Assembly: GCA_904063045.1 (NCBI GenBank)
Contig: CAJFCJ010000013.1
Location: forward strand, 664,156 to 728,155
Length of the DNA stretch: 64,000 bases
Origin: Dimorphilus gyrociliatus
Lineage: Eukaryota; Animalia; Annelida
Direction: 5' to 3'
Of this stretch, positions 1 through 13,478 are shown in pieces; the first letter of the stretch is position 1; every line of letters starts with the position of its first letter. The notes below the pieces were generated by a model. That model worked only from the letters and a program-made list of their open reading frames with translations, was not told the origin of the DNA and made no database searches. The position numbers were made by a program, and so were the translations under genes.

Positions 1-1
1 A

Positions 2-283
2 CAAGACAAAAGCAGTACGGGTAAAGAGGACACAACACCCACCAACTCTTCTCCACCAAGAAACTCGCAAACTTCTCAGAGTAATGAATCAACACCGACA
101 AGACCGGTTCCAAGACCAAGGCCAAGACCAACTCCAGTTCCAGCTCCGAGATCTACCCCATCGTCGAGTTCGTCGGAATTGAACAAGAGTGACGAAACAA
201 AGAATAGGCCACCGTCGATTGACAAGAACAAGAATTTTCTAGCGGAAAAAAAGCTAAACAAAAGTCATGAAACTACTTTATAA
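2..283 (+). CDS. 3' end of a gene entering the window; Ser/Thr/Pro-rich low-complexity tail ending ...HETTL*
   Basis: The frame starting at nt 2 is open to TAA at 281-283 (QDKSSTGKEDTTPTNSSPP...RPVPRPRPRPTP...KSHETTL*) and is followed by AT-rich 3'UTR-like sequence. Confidence 0.7.
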   Translation, partial: QDKSSTGKEDTTPTNSSPPRNSQTSQSNESTPTRPVPRPRPRPTPVPAPRSTPSSSSSELNKSDETKNRPPSIDKNKNFLAEKKLNKSHETTL

Positions 284-581
284 TAATAATATTGATAATT
301 AAAAAAAAAAAACAGAAAAAGAATAGAAAAAAAAATTATAAAATAAAGTACGTTTCTCTTTTTTTTATTTTTTATTTCCTTTCTTTTGTCGCATGCTATT
401 TCATTGTTGCTTTTTACTGTTTTTTTTTGTGAATATTTCGCGTCTTAAGTGTATATACACTATGTATATATATATTTCCTATTTTTCTCTCAAATAATGT
501 TTCTTTACGACTATAAAAGATGCGAATTAAATCAAAAAAAACATAAAAACAAAAAATTATAATAACGTTTATTTGAGGTAT

Positions 582-1857
582 TTATTTGTCCTTATCTTCC
601 TCGAAACGACCTTTTACGAGGTAGTCTTTTCCAATTCTCATCATAATTAACAGCCAATAAACCTGCATATTATAAAAAAAAGACTCTTTTATAGATTCTA
701 TATATATTTGTATTTGTTTGTTTGTTTGTTTGTTTGTTTGTTTTTTTTTGTAGAGTTTTATTTAAAAAATAATTACCTGAAAAAGGAGTAGTGATATACA
801 ACCAAAGTTGCATATGTAGGGTATTTTTCGAACGGTTTCGTATAATGTAAAACCGGCATAGTTTGCGTAACGATGATAAATATAGAAGAATATTCCAACT
901 CGAAATATTGCAAAGTTTGCAATTGTAAGTATACTAATGATCAAATACAGTTTAGTGTCTTTCTTACGAAGCTGTTAGGAGGTAGAAAAAAAAATATAGA
1001 CATATAAGGATTTCATTATATAAAATTATTAAAAGAGAAATTATTTTTAGAACCTTTTGTAAAATAGAGCGAAAGGCTATGAAAATCACCGGAACTTCAA
1101 ATAAGTAGAGACAGCCTACAAAGAAATCTCCTTTTCCATTTCTATACCACTACAAGTTTTACATCAATAATTTATAAGTCATGCTAAGAATAACTAGGGA
1201 AACGTATGTAAACAAATTGATTATGATAGGTATTACCAAAATAAATGGAAGGTATATTAGGGGGCAGATTAAATGATGTAGAGCCATCATTTTGTTCTTG
1301 AATAAGAATTTCTTTATTGCTTTTGATCGACTCAGAGTTTCATTTGATGGATCGGCGTACCAAAATGTTGAGTACATAGCGTAGATATCGTAATAGAAAT
1401 AGGGAAAGCAGAAAACTGCCCAGGACTGAGGTAGCCAATACCTGAGAAAGTGTATGATAACTCATGTATATACATCATTAAGAGTTATATAATTGTTAAT
1501 ACATGTTGTGATAAAATGGGTTAGTTACCTACGTGTCATTTATAATGTCTTGACTGATATTTTTCATAGTTAACAAACCAACGCAACAACTCATCAAAGC
1601 TTGCCAGGCGCCAACAAGCCTATAATAGAAAATCAGTTTACAAACTATTATGCTCTTACAATCTTCATTATCGCTCATTACCTTTCTGAAATTGAGCTGA
1701 CTTGAGCCTTGTTTAGACTTGAATACTTGGACAATGTTTGCGTAGAAAGAATATAGCAGGAGGAGAAAAAAAAAGCTCCACAAATCGGTTTTAAAAACTT
1801 ACTATACCATTCTAGTGATTCTTCATTGTTTATATTTTGCAAGCCGGACTGCGCCAT
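582..1857 (-). CDS. TLCD3: TLC-domain membrane protein, FAM57/TLCD3 family (279 aa, 6 exons)
   Basis: Exons 1857-1682, 1619-1533, 1441-1237, 1149-1054, 971-777, 662-582; all GT-AG and phase-consistent. Motifs RLVGAWQA, YWL..W..FCFPYFYYDIYAM, MALHH, GDFFVGCLYLFE, FRV, IPYICN and QVYW match FAM57A/B as I recall them. Confidence 0.9.
714..741. repeat. (TTTG)n microsatellite in last TLCD3 intron
   Basis: tttgtttgtttg... run read directly from the sequence. Confidence 0.9.
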
Positions 1858-2159
1858 TTTACCATAGTAATTATGGCGACGCCAGGCGGAACAAGTTTTT
1901 CATCATTAACTTACAAGAAAATATTATCATCTATGCAAAACAATAGATTTTTACCAATATTCTAACAACTTTGCAGGGTATGGTAATAAAGATACTTGTC
2001 AAATATCCTCCTATCTGAAACAACCTACACTCTAATGACAACTTTCGCCTATTATCACTCAAATAAACAATATAATAAAGCTCTTTAGTTTTAACGTAAA
2101 TTTTACTTCTGCGCTTTTTGTTTTTACAGAAAAGCAAGTTGATCAAAGAACACTTTTCT

Positions 2160-2452
2160 ATGATGGATTGTAGAAAAGTTTGGACTGAGAATCACCTAGC
2201 AACGCATGGGGAACAAACGTCGAACTTAAAAGTGAACAAAAAAACAATAGTTGTAACTTGTCAGAAATCTCAATTGAAAACGCCCCAAAAACGATCAAAT
2301 ACGAATTTTAATAGAGAAGTAAGTTTCAATTAGTATTGTTTTTTATTTTTAAAAAAATGTTAAGCTTATTTAATTCATTTTTAAAGGATGATCATATTAA
2401 ACGAGCGCTTATCTCTTCTAAAAGAGTACCACCTTCTCTACATAATGGATAA
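2160..2452 (+). CDS. Possible two-exon small protein (74 aa), head-to-head with TLCD3
   Basis: ATG at 2160; exon 2160-2318 ends at a GTAAGT donor; 68-nt intron; exon 2387-2452 stays in frame to TAA. No recognisable homology. Confidence 0.3.
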
Positions 2453-3004
2453 TAAGAATTTTTGTAAAGGTGAAGGTTATGCCAACACCTATATACATTT
2501 ATTTATATATTAATATAGACTAAAGGAGTTAAAGAGGTCTAAAAATTGCATTATTTATTTTAATAGTCAGCCTATTTACACAAAAATGACACTGTACCGT
2601 TATAAAAAACGTTTTAATGTTCAAATAAATAATTAAGGAAAGTCAATATGACCCATAAAATTCGTATAATAATTTCTAAGAATTGATAAAACGATGAATA
2701 TTATAAATTAATTAGCAAAATTTAAAAAATTATAGTCGAAAGAAAGTCTTTGTAAAGGGATATTTTAAACTATCAAAACTAATATTCAACGTTGAATTAA
2801 GTGCTAAAATTTTACAAACTTCATAGAATCTTAAATTAAAACTTTCCTATTCCTTTAATTAGTTATTGCAAAAGAGAAAAAAATCGCATATTATACGTTA
2901 ATTAGGTAAAAAAAAAAAGAAAATAGAATTAGTAACCTTTAAAAAAATAGCACTGTAAATGTGTAAAATACTGCAGAGTTTGCAGTTTATGTATGGAACA
3001 TATA

Positions 3005-3007
<3 letters not shown>

Positions 3008-3051
<44 letters not shown>
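3008..3051. repeat. (TA)n microsatellite
   Basis: About 20 TA units. Similar tracts lie near 3214-3236, 42765-42815, 57180-57250, 61014-61067 and 61313-61351. Confidence 0.9.
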
Positions 3052-3056
<5 letters not shown>

Positions 3057-3924
3057 GCATAAAGAAGGCAAACTTAATTAAATAACTTTCATTGTATTCT
3101 TTTGAAATATATCACGCTCATATTTAAAGTTACTCTTGGCTACTGCATGAACATTTTCTTTTATGAATTTTCTTCTTTTCCATCTTTTTTTGTGCTTTTG
3201 TTAAGGTATATTCGATATATATATATATATATATATAGTACAAATGATAATAAACAAAAAGAACCAATAATTACGACGTCTACTGTAGATGTGACGCGCG
3301 ATAAATTGCGAGCTAATCGATAGCGATTTGAACGAATGACCAAATTTGAACAAGAGGAAAATGGAACTTGATGAAGGTAGAATCAATATTGTAACATTTT
3401 GTAGGAGAATTGTCCTACTTAACCGAATAATAGGACTCTAATTAAACGAAAGTGACAAACAACTACAAATTGATAATAGTCGCTTTAATTTTTTCAAGGG
3501 AGTTGATTTTCAAGAAGATTGAATAGATTTTTTTTTTAGTTTTTAACTTGAAGGAATTAACTTCTTTGAACAAAGTCATTGCTACAAGTACATACATATA
3601 TTAGTATGTATACTGAATATACTGTATATATAATAGAGATAAAAGGGTAAAAAAGCAATAGATGCTTTTTTATATATTCTCTTTTAAGATAGTCTTTTTT
3701 TTTATCAGCTTTTAGAGAATATAAAATATACACTATATATACTGTATATTGTACTATAGATTATTCGCTTTTGGTACTTTTAGACGCTAATTCCCTAATT
3801 GTACAGAGAAGTAATGCATGGAAATTTACCCTAGATTTTTATGAAATGATTACTAATTGCGATTTGCAAAGGGATAGCTTTAAATCAACCTTTAAACAAA
3901 AAACAGTTACATTTCTTTAGTGAG

Positions 3925-3995
3925 CCCTAGGGGGCGTGGAGCCAGCTTCTTGCTGATTGGTCGTAAAAGTTTTCCGTCATTTTTTTCCCGCCTTT
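3925..3995 (+). promoter_or_regulatory. Promoter-like GC island with ATTGG (CCAAT box) and TTTCCCGCC (E2F-like) motifs
   Basis: Motifs lie about 160-200 nt upstream of ATG 4154. Function is inferred. Confidence 0.4.
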
Positions 3996-4153
3996 AATAA
4001 AATCTAGTTGATCGTTTTCTCATTTATTTTGAGTCAATCGGTTGATTTTTCTAGTTGAGGTAACTCATCATTCGTCATTCTACCTTAGTTATCATTCCGA
4101 TAATATTTATCGTTTTTCGTATCCTAACAAGCTGATATCGATCACATTAACAA

Positions 4154-4680
4154 ATGGAAACTGCAATAGCCTTATTCATCTTCTTAGCATCCTTTATTAT
4201 TGGGAATATGATTTTGGCTTTGTCTCTATTTATTCCGCTCAACAAGTACTCGAATACTCAGGAGGAAGCTCTCCACAGGACCATTTTGGCTATGGCTGTT
4301 GTAGTTCTTGTCGAGGTAGTTGTATATTACTGAAATTTTCAACTTTTAAGAAACAATTCTCTCTTTCAGGGACTAATATGCCACTGTCCATGCAAAAGTA
4401 AATTATGATTTTTAATACTATGAAATTAACTATTCTATATTCTTAATCAGTTTACAACTTTCTTTTTTTTACTCTTTGCACAATCAAAGTTATCAAGTTA
4501 GTAAAACGCTTTCTAGGAAGAGAAGAGGGTAAAATTTTAAGTAATAAATAGTAAACCTAACAAAATCATATATATCATTTTGCACTTACAGAAATTGTTA
4601 TTGAAGCCGACCAGACAGTTGTTCTTACCGGAAAATCGAGCAAAGATGCCCCGGCTACCGTTAATGAAGACCGTCTGTAA
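4154..4680 (+). CDS. Orphan small membrane protein (92 aa) with two hydrophobic segments and a CHCPC cluster
   Basis: Exons 4154-4315, 4370-4397, 4592-4680; GT-AG, phases 0/1 consistent. METAIALFIFLASFIIGNMILALSLFIP...TILAMAVVVLVEGLICHCPCKKIVIEADQ...NEDRL*. Confidence 0.7.
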
Positions 4681-5470
4681 ATTACAACAAAAGGGTTTTG
4701 AATTCTAAAGAAGTCTTATGGTTTAACGTAATATTTTAGTTTAGAATAGACTAGACTCTTTTAATACTTTAAATTGTTATATATAATTATCTACAGTATA
4801 AAATTTATACTAATATATGTATATATATATATATACAGTATATTTATATAAAGACATATATATCGTGTGCTGATCGTAGAATATGAGTTACAAAGAAAAT
4901 ACACTTTCTAAAAATTAATTTCCTGTTTTTATCTCTAATCCTATTAAGACTGGATACAATTTTAAATTAAAAACTCTTCTATTTGTTGTATAATTCTAGA
5001 GACGGTACTAATTAGTTCTTGGGTGATAGCTGAGTTTTTTTCTATAAAACGAATTTCCATATTTCCATATGTAATGATAGAAAATCTCATCTTTACTCGG
5101 GAAACAAATGATTTAGAGTTTAGAACAAAAATTTTGACAGCTCTTATGTCAATTAGCTTTATTATTTTATATATTTGACCCAAACGTTCGTTCTGTATGA
5201 TTATTCTAAAAGATTTTCTCTCATCATTTTAGTATGTCAGTCCTTGACTTTTCTAATATTTTATTTATGCTATTTCACATACATTAAGAATAAAATTTTC
5301 ACATCTAATGTACTACATTCCTACAGTTTACAACAAGAACGTTCAATTCCTCTCTAATTACAGATAAATACGTTTTATATATACTGTACGATATTTTTGC
5401 ATATTGTTTTTTACACAATGGAGATTGATAGTTTTCTCTTTGAAAATAAAAATAAGAAAATTCGTCCTTT

Positions 5471-7732
5471 CTAACTCCTTTTCATGATCATCGAAACTTC
5501 TTCATCCTCGAAGTTATCGACTTCATCGATATAGTCATATTCGTTTTCGTAATCATAATCGTCATCAATTGTGGCTCTCTCCGGTATGTCATTATTTACA
5601 GCAATCGAATTCGATTCTGTAATTAGTTAAGAATTTAATAAGTTAATCCGCTTAGGAATCTGATACTTACGATTCTTTGTCTCAATCTCCGTACTCTTAG
5701 TGTTCGTGTTAGTTTCTTTGATAAATGAATTTAGATCTTCACGGCGGGGTAGAATATCAAAACTTCTTCGACGATGGATGGAAGTCTCTAAAACTCTTCT
5801 CTCTTCAAAGGCCGAATCTATTTTAAGTAAAATTTTGCATTTTTATTGTAAAAACCATTATCAAAGTAACAAAATTTTGCGTTGTAAACAAACCAGTTGT
5901 TGCCGAATTTTCTAATTTAACTATTTATATAAAATAAATAAAAAGTAATCAATTAATTAATAAATAAAAAAAATTCTTAACCATTCATATCTGATATTTC
6001 TGAATGAAAATCCTCCCACTTTCTTTCGTAACTTTCATCTAAATAGAAGGAATTTATTTATAGTTAGGGAATTGTTTATAGTAGCTATATTTTGTATATT
6101 TTACCAGAGAAATCAACTGAATTTAGGCTACCTGGAACGTATTTTTTCATATAATCTACGAAATAAAAATTCAAAATTTCTATTAGTTATGTTTTTTAAA
6201 GGGCTTTCATTAAAAAAAAGAAGAAAACCCGTCAATTTCACTCCCAATGCAATTGTTCTTCGGCGTTGTCCTTTTGATACTTTTCCTCCGGAAGTCAAGA
6301 GTATTAGTCCTATAGCAGAAAAAAAGATTCGTGTATTTTTTGTCAAAGTTTTTACAAATACTCTATCTCTTTAATAACCAGATGATTTTACGTAGTCGTC
6401 GAAGGCCTGGATTTTTTCAAGGATCTTCTCCTCAGTTGGATTCTGCTTTCCGGAAGCCGAAGCTGGAGAATAACGATGAGGAAAAGAATTTTTAACTTTA
6501 CAAGAATTTCTTATGAACGAACCTTTTGCATTGAATATTTCATGGCCGCTCTCTCTTCCTCCTTTCATTTCTTCATCAGCTCTTCTTTCTAAAAAGAAAA
6601 AGAAGTAAAATACGTCATGTCCCAAGAAATGCTATGTTTAGCTAACCGTCTGAAGGTGGCTTATATTCGAGATCACTTCTTCGTGTTGCAACTCTTTGAG
6701 CGTTCGTTACCTTTTTTAGAGGGATCGGACCTGTTTATAAAAGATGAAAAAAGTAACTATTTTATCCTTTTTTTCCTTTGCAACTTACAATGTATGATAT
6801 TTCGTTCTCGAGAGATGTTTAAGGGATTGTTTCTCATAGCTTTTCTCACATTTTTGTCATTCAATCTTCTATTTCCGTCTGAAATATTTGATTTCGGGTT
6901 ACGATCATGGATGCTTCCGATCATAAATGACGTACCTTCATCAGGAGCAAGTCTTTCTGACATTGCTGTTGCTTTTGTGTAACGTTCCTTATTGTTCCAT
7001 GAAGCTTTCATTATCTCATTAAAAAATTCCTTGTTGGGCCATACAGTTTCCGCAGAATTTTTGCGGCCGCCTTTCCCGACTGGTGAAAATATATTATATT
7101 CTCTAGCATTATTCGAAAGAGCCTGAATCGAAGTAGGGGTCTCGTATCGAGGATCAAAAGCGGATCTGATCGTTGTATTTGTCCTTCTGACAGTTGGATA
7201 CAGCGAATAATCTTCTCTACCCCTTCTTATAGCTCCATGTCTGCTCGTAAAGAACAGGCTTTAAATTAGGACATCTATAATGAGTTTTAAGTAATTACTC
7301 TCGAGCCAACGAAGAGGAAGAAGACGATGTCGATGACAATGACGAAGATGACGATGACAATGATGCAGAAGAAGGTAAGGGAAGAGGTAATTTCTCATCA
7401 ACTTTTTTCTTTTTCTGTTTTTCCTTAGCTAATAAAATTTACAAGATGAGATTAAGATTAGGGTCGAAAACTGATTATTCTTAATTAACATACGTTTGTC
7501 ATCTTTTCGAACTTTCAGCATGTAGTGGTAGGCAATCACCTTAAGAAGTTATAACAACATGTAAACCGATTACACGATTGTAATAAAGGATACAAACTTC
7601 AAGTGTCAAAGCCAGCAATAAACCCACTATTGTAACAATTTTTGAGCTTGAAGAACTATAGGATACCATATAGAAAATATATATAAGAAAGAAGTGTACG
7701 ATCAACCATGCCATGACACACATCACTCGCAT
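5471..7732 (-). CDS. Orphan multi-exon protein: two N-terminal hydrophobic segments, Lys-rich and poly-Ser stretches, acidic Asp/Tyr C-terminus
   Basis: About 11 phase-consistent exons traced (7732-7598, 7539-7494, 7428-7299, about 7240-6789 and onward to TAG at 5473-5471). The 5' end is uncertain because upstream spliced segments to about 8500 did not join in frame. Confidence 0.7.
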
Positions 7733-10700
7733 GATGATTTCCCTAGTATCTGTTTTAAAAAAGAAAAAAAATTAATTAATCGGTTTATCCAAAGTAAAAC
7801 TTAACTTGATCAACTAATCGATCAACAGAGTCCGAGTTCAATGACGTCTTCTTTTCGAAGATTCTATTCTTATTGTGACTAAAGCATGTTAAGATTATAT
7901 TGGAGATTATTTAAAATTATATATGAAAAAAATTATTTATCTTACGAATCTGTTTAAGATTGATCTTCACTTTCGAGCCGAGTAGACCTGAATGATATTG
8001 TCTTCGCTAATAGTCTTGACAGTTTCTAAGAAGGATAAGACGGAATCAAATTTATGATATTTTCTAAACCAATCACCAATTAGTTTGTAGCGCCACCATT
8101 CAACATTAATATTTATATTTTTGCGATATTATTGACAAGTTATAAAGCTATGTTCCCTCTATAATTTTTTAATTTTAAGTAAAATCTTTGTTATTTAGCA
8201 TTTCCTTCCGATTTCGTTTTCATCCTAGAAAAATACACTTTACTAATTGTTTTTATTATCACTTTTCCTCTTGTCGAATAGTTAATTACCTTAAAACACT
8301 AAATATACTTTACACTTTATATGGCTACAGTACTTTTTCTTTCGTAAAGTCAATATTTCTGTAAAACAAAAAGAGACAACTACAATATACACGTATTTAT
8401 ATATACCAATAATATAAAGACTAGCAAACAAGTCAACGTAATTTTTTGCGCGGGAAAAATAATAGAAGAAGAATAGATTTTCTATATTTCGAACATTCTC
8501 TTCTCTTTTACTTTTCACCTGACAAACGCTATCATTAACTAGAAAAAAACTTTTTTACAATTTATTAATCTTTATAAAAATATAAATGTTATCAACAATA
8601 TAGTTTTAAATTAGGAAGAATTATAATCTACAATAAATTTAGCCAATCACAACCGATACTATTTGCACGTGATCAGGAAACTTCTTTATTCGCATAGACG
8701 TTTATAAAATGAGAAAATTAATTTTTGAAACAAAATAAGTTTAAAAGAAGAATTTACTTTTTTTTAGAAACTGTAGATATTTCTAAGTTGGAATTGAGAA
8801 GATTTAATGATGACACGGAAATTGATATTTATGGAGGTAAGTTTTCAAGAATGTCGGTGACACTGCTCAGAGCCCTGTCATATGTGCATATATATACAGT
8901 TGATATAAAATATTCTATCCAATAAAATGACAGATAAAAAATCCCAAGCGGGATGGAATATAAAAGCGACAATAAATGGATTATCGGTGATGTCAAATAT
9001 CTGTTCACAGGTCAGAGAATCATAGTAAACGTTAATGAATACAAAAATAAGTTTCTAGTATGATTATCATCAAGGTCAAATATAGTAATTCCAGCAATTG
9101 TACAAAACAATGCAAATAGTAGATGACTGTGTTATAAGAATCGGTTAGATATAAAATATACAAATAGGATTACAACATATCTTTTGTATATAAGTGAAGA
9201 GAGAAAAAATTAAATACGAATATTAGATAATAATTTAATAAGACAATATAGTAACCTTTTTCCTAAAACAAAAAAAAATCATGTTAAATATCAGAAAATT
9301 TCATTTGTGTTTATTTAAATACGATTACTTTGTCAAATTATAAATTAGTAGGAATGAATATAAATTATGTTTAATAAAAAAGAGAAAGAGAATAATTGAA
9401 GAATAAAAGAATGTTCTTGTTCTTTATATTCTTATTATTAAAAAAAATAATTAATTGTAACACTAGATAGATATTTTTTCAGGTCATATCTAAATCAAAT
9501 AATTAAGAAAAATTAGCTTTTTGAGATTAATACCACGACTAATCCGATGTCTAATAAAGGAGAACTGTATGGAAAGCGTACAACAGCAATATATGCGTTT
9601 ATTATACAGTAGTTGTAAACCGTATATAATTTTCTTTAGAATGTTGTTTTATATCAATTGAGTATTTTACTTTGATGAATTATATCAAGATTATTCTTAA
9701 ACAGATGCTTAGTTATTATAATGTTTCAATAGTACTTGAAGAAAATTAAAAAATCTTTCGCCAATAAAATGTTATATAATTTAACCTTATTTCCCTATTT
9801 AAGGGGAGGGGAGGGGAGAGGAAGATGTTTCTCCTTGTTAAAAAGTTTTTCTATTCAATTACTTATTTAAAAAATTATCCTTTATCTTCTTACAATAACA
9901 ATAATAGATTGTAATAATCCTATTGTAAAGTCATATATATATATTGTCTAAAAATATAAAATATAAAATTTCCGTTTTTAAAGGGGAAAAATATTTTTAA
10001 ACTATTAAACTTTATAAAAAATTAAATATTTAATAACCATTGATAACTTGTTAAAATTTTCTTTTACTTAAATACTTAATTAAGCCTTATATTCAGCATA
10101 TATTGATATTTTGCCAAGCCAATACATAGAACTTTAATATTTTTGGAAAAAATTTTCTTTCAGAATAATGGTCTTTTAGTCTATTATATTTTCTATTCTC
10201 TTTAAAAGCTAAGCATATCTATTATCCTATTTCCGTATATTACTTACTGCATGCTAAAAAACATGTTTTCATTTACCGTTTCTTTTGTATGCTCACTTTC
10301 TATTTTTTTTTACATCATATGACGTATAGTTAGATGTAATTTTATGGGAAAAGAGAAAAAATGACCTTATAGAATTTTAGAAAATTAACTCTTTGGTGTC
10401 AAATATGATCACTTTTTGCAATTAGGTTAATTTTCTTACAGTTAATTTTCTTTTGAACTATTAAATTGGTCATGAAACGGCCTAAATATCGAGTAATTCA
10501 TTTTATTATTTAAAAAAAAGCTTATTCGACTGAAATCTATCAATAGATTTCTGCCAAGTAATCGAATTATGAAAATTATTGATCAAGTTTATGATTTAAA
10601 CCGACAGATGGAGCATATAGAATAAAAAGATAGTAAAGAGAAAATGAAAATAGGGATGGAAAACAAATAAACAGGTTCTGGTTGGGAGAAGGGAAATAAA

Positions 10701-12518
10701 CGTTAATACAAGTTTTGTTTAGAAGCTATTGTTATAAATAAGGGTATTGTATTACCGATTGATATATTGGAATTCGATGACAACCCGCAGCCCCATCTGC
10801 GAGAAGATACAAATCTGTAAAAACGGCTTGTGGTCTAATATTAATTAAAAAACAGCAGCGGTCAATAAGACATTAAATATTTCACAAACAAAGAAAAAAC
10901 AATATAGGACAAAGAATTTATTGTTTAAAAAATGTAAATTTCAATCTTCTACGATTATTCATTTGATCATTCAAAAAATTATTCTTGACATTTATTTAAA
11001 TTAAAAAACACAATATACTTATACTGTATATACACTAAAACATATACAGTAGCTCCAATTGGAAATGTTCACGTACAGTGAAATTAATCTTTTTTTAATG
11101 TTATTCAGGCCTGAATACGGTATATACAGTATGTTCCTCTCATTTTATGAATTTTAAGTACAATAATAATTACTATTTTTTTTTTATCTTTAAAAGAGTA
11201 TTTCTAAATTTGTTATTAATTGTTACGAAATTCAAGGAGCTAATAAATTGTACTCATAGATTATAGAGAATAAGGGCAAGGTTGTAATCAGTTTACTCTA
11301 TAGACTTAACTTCTGAGAAGTGTAAAAGAAAGTTTTTAAAGTTATGATAGCTGATAAAATAATAAATAACTTCGTTTCTGATATGTCTATTACACGACAA
11401 TCCTTAGAAGTGCATTTGACTAATTGTTTTTCTAAAAATATAATGCGGTATATCCCAGAATCAATTTATGTAATAATGCATATATACTTATCTATATATA
11501 CAGTATATAAATATATATACTGTTATAAATAGAATTTTTTATAATAATTTTGTGAAATCAACAGTATTTTCAAGATAATAGCGAAAAGCATAAACGCGTG
11601 CATTTAAGTGTATATTTTCTGAAGTATTTATTATGTAAGATGTAAAAAAGTAATAATATAACATCTATTGTTTCTTATGAGAGTATTAGATGAAGAGACT
11701 TATGTTAGAGGTATAATACGCTGTTGGGGAGGATAAATGTTCTTGTATATTATTTAGCAATTAGCTTTTTTTGTTTATGTACAGAGTCAATAGAGTGGAC
11801 TATGATATTGCGTCAAATATGATTACGTGTACATATGCTGTGTCCTTAGAATAGATTGCCTTCTTACTATGTTTGAGTTTAGAGCCAAGCCTATACTAGC
11901 TCTTATAATTACTCCTATAAAGCATTACCATTGTATGTAAGATAATACAAGAAAGCGTAAAATATCTGCTCTATATCGAGCAAATATATCGTCTGCTTTA
12001 GTCTTCTTCGTCTTCTTCTAATATACCTTTTCTATTTTATACTCTTTTTCCATAAAATTTACTCAATCATAGGCCGAATGTTTTTCACATTTATACTTTA
12101 GTTTAAAACAAAAAAGGTGACATTAAAGGTAAATAAATTAGAAAATAATAAAAAAGACGAGACAGGAACAAAAAGTTACAAACCAACTTTTAACGACAAT
12201 CGAACGTGTATATAAGAAAAAGGTGAATTGATTTATTAATTGTTTTTTAGTATACTGTATATAGGTATTTTTTCTCAAGTAAAATGTATGTATCTCTGTG
12301 CATACGCATAGAGAGTTGATATAAATATTATTTAAATGGGTACTTTTTCTCTTATGGACGGATAGTGATATATTATATAAAAACATCGGGATGTAATTGA
12401 TTACGTGCAAAATTTTTGCCTCTTCATAGTCGAATAAAACAAAGAAAAAATATAAAAAAGAAGCATCCTTATGCGGTTTCGAATATCATTCTAATTTATG
12501 TTCGAAATAGGAAGTTAA

Positions 12519-13478
12519 CTAATTTATTAGTTTTAATTCTTCGCTGTCTCTCGCCTCGTCCGTACTGATACAAACATCAGTTAAGAACTTGTCAAATTCA
12601 CTGCGAACACCCTCCGGATCGTTGTTCAAGTCAATAACAGTGCAACGAATCTTATTCATTTTATACGCTGAATATGTTAAAGAATACGTAAGTTAAAAAA
12701 ATGTATATTTCATGTATACATATATTTTTATATACTGACGTATGTTCGGTTCGATTGTTCGACCATCAATATTATTACCAAAAATAACGCACTGCTTGTC
12801 AGCTAAGCCTTGCTTGTCGGCGAAATTATTGTACCTGTTAAAAAACAACTTGACAGATAATAAATCGTATTATTTGTCTTAAACAAACCATCCTTCCATC
12901 TCCTTGGCATTTAAATTAGTGTCGGTTCTATACACAAACACTATGCCTGATGTGTCCTTGGCTATTGCCGGCCATCCACCGCTGAATCTGGAAAAGATAA
13001 CATTAATCACAATAAAAACAGATATATATTTTTTTAAAACACTTAAATAAAAACAGCTACGCTACCTAGGATCACCGCTGACATCCCACATTTCTACTTC
13101 GCAACTAACTTTCCGACCACTTTTCAACTTTAGGTCCTTCACCTCAAATTCTACAATACTATTAGAGATAAAATTATACATTTCTATATATAAATTATAT
13201 ATAAAGTATTTAGTGAAGTTAAATATAATATTTAGAGTATTTTTAAGAGCTTTAATTAATATTTTTAATTAATTAGCATTACCGGCACCCTTGAGTCGGT
13301 TTATACGTCTTAGGTTGACCAGTTTCAGCGACAGTTTCTGATAAAAAATTGGCGAGTGTTGATTTTCCTTGCTGTTTGGTAAATTTTAAAATTAAATTTA
13401 TTATGAATATTATTATACCATTTTAATAAAAAAATTAACCTCGCATTCTCCTAATAAGAGTAGCTTTGTCTTGATCAT
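12519..13478 (-). CDS. IFT22: Intraflagellar transport protein 22 (RABL5), atypical small GTPase, 6 exons
   Basis: MIKTKLLLLGECE|QGKSTLANFL...YKPTQGCR|IVEFE...EMWDVSGDPR|FSGGWPAIAKDTSGIVFVY...EGW|YNNF...|...EARDSEELKLIN* matches IFT22 motifs (PTQG, WD.SGD, WPA, terminal RDxEE). Confidence 0.92.

Noticed and set aside
76-261. Minus-strand 61-aa ORF
   Set aside because: Antisense shadow of the Pro/Ser-rich + strand tail.
4042-4401. 119-aa + strand ORF from the track
   Set aside because: Wrong frame; the spliced gene from ATG 4154 explains the splice sites and hydrophobic pattern.
6617-6982. 121-aa + strand ORF
   Set aside because: Antisense to exons of the minus-strand orphan gene.
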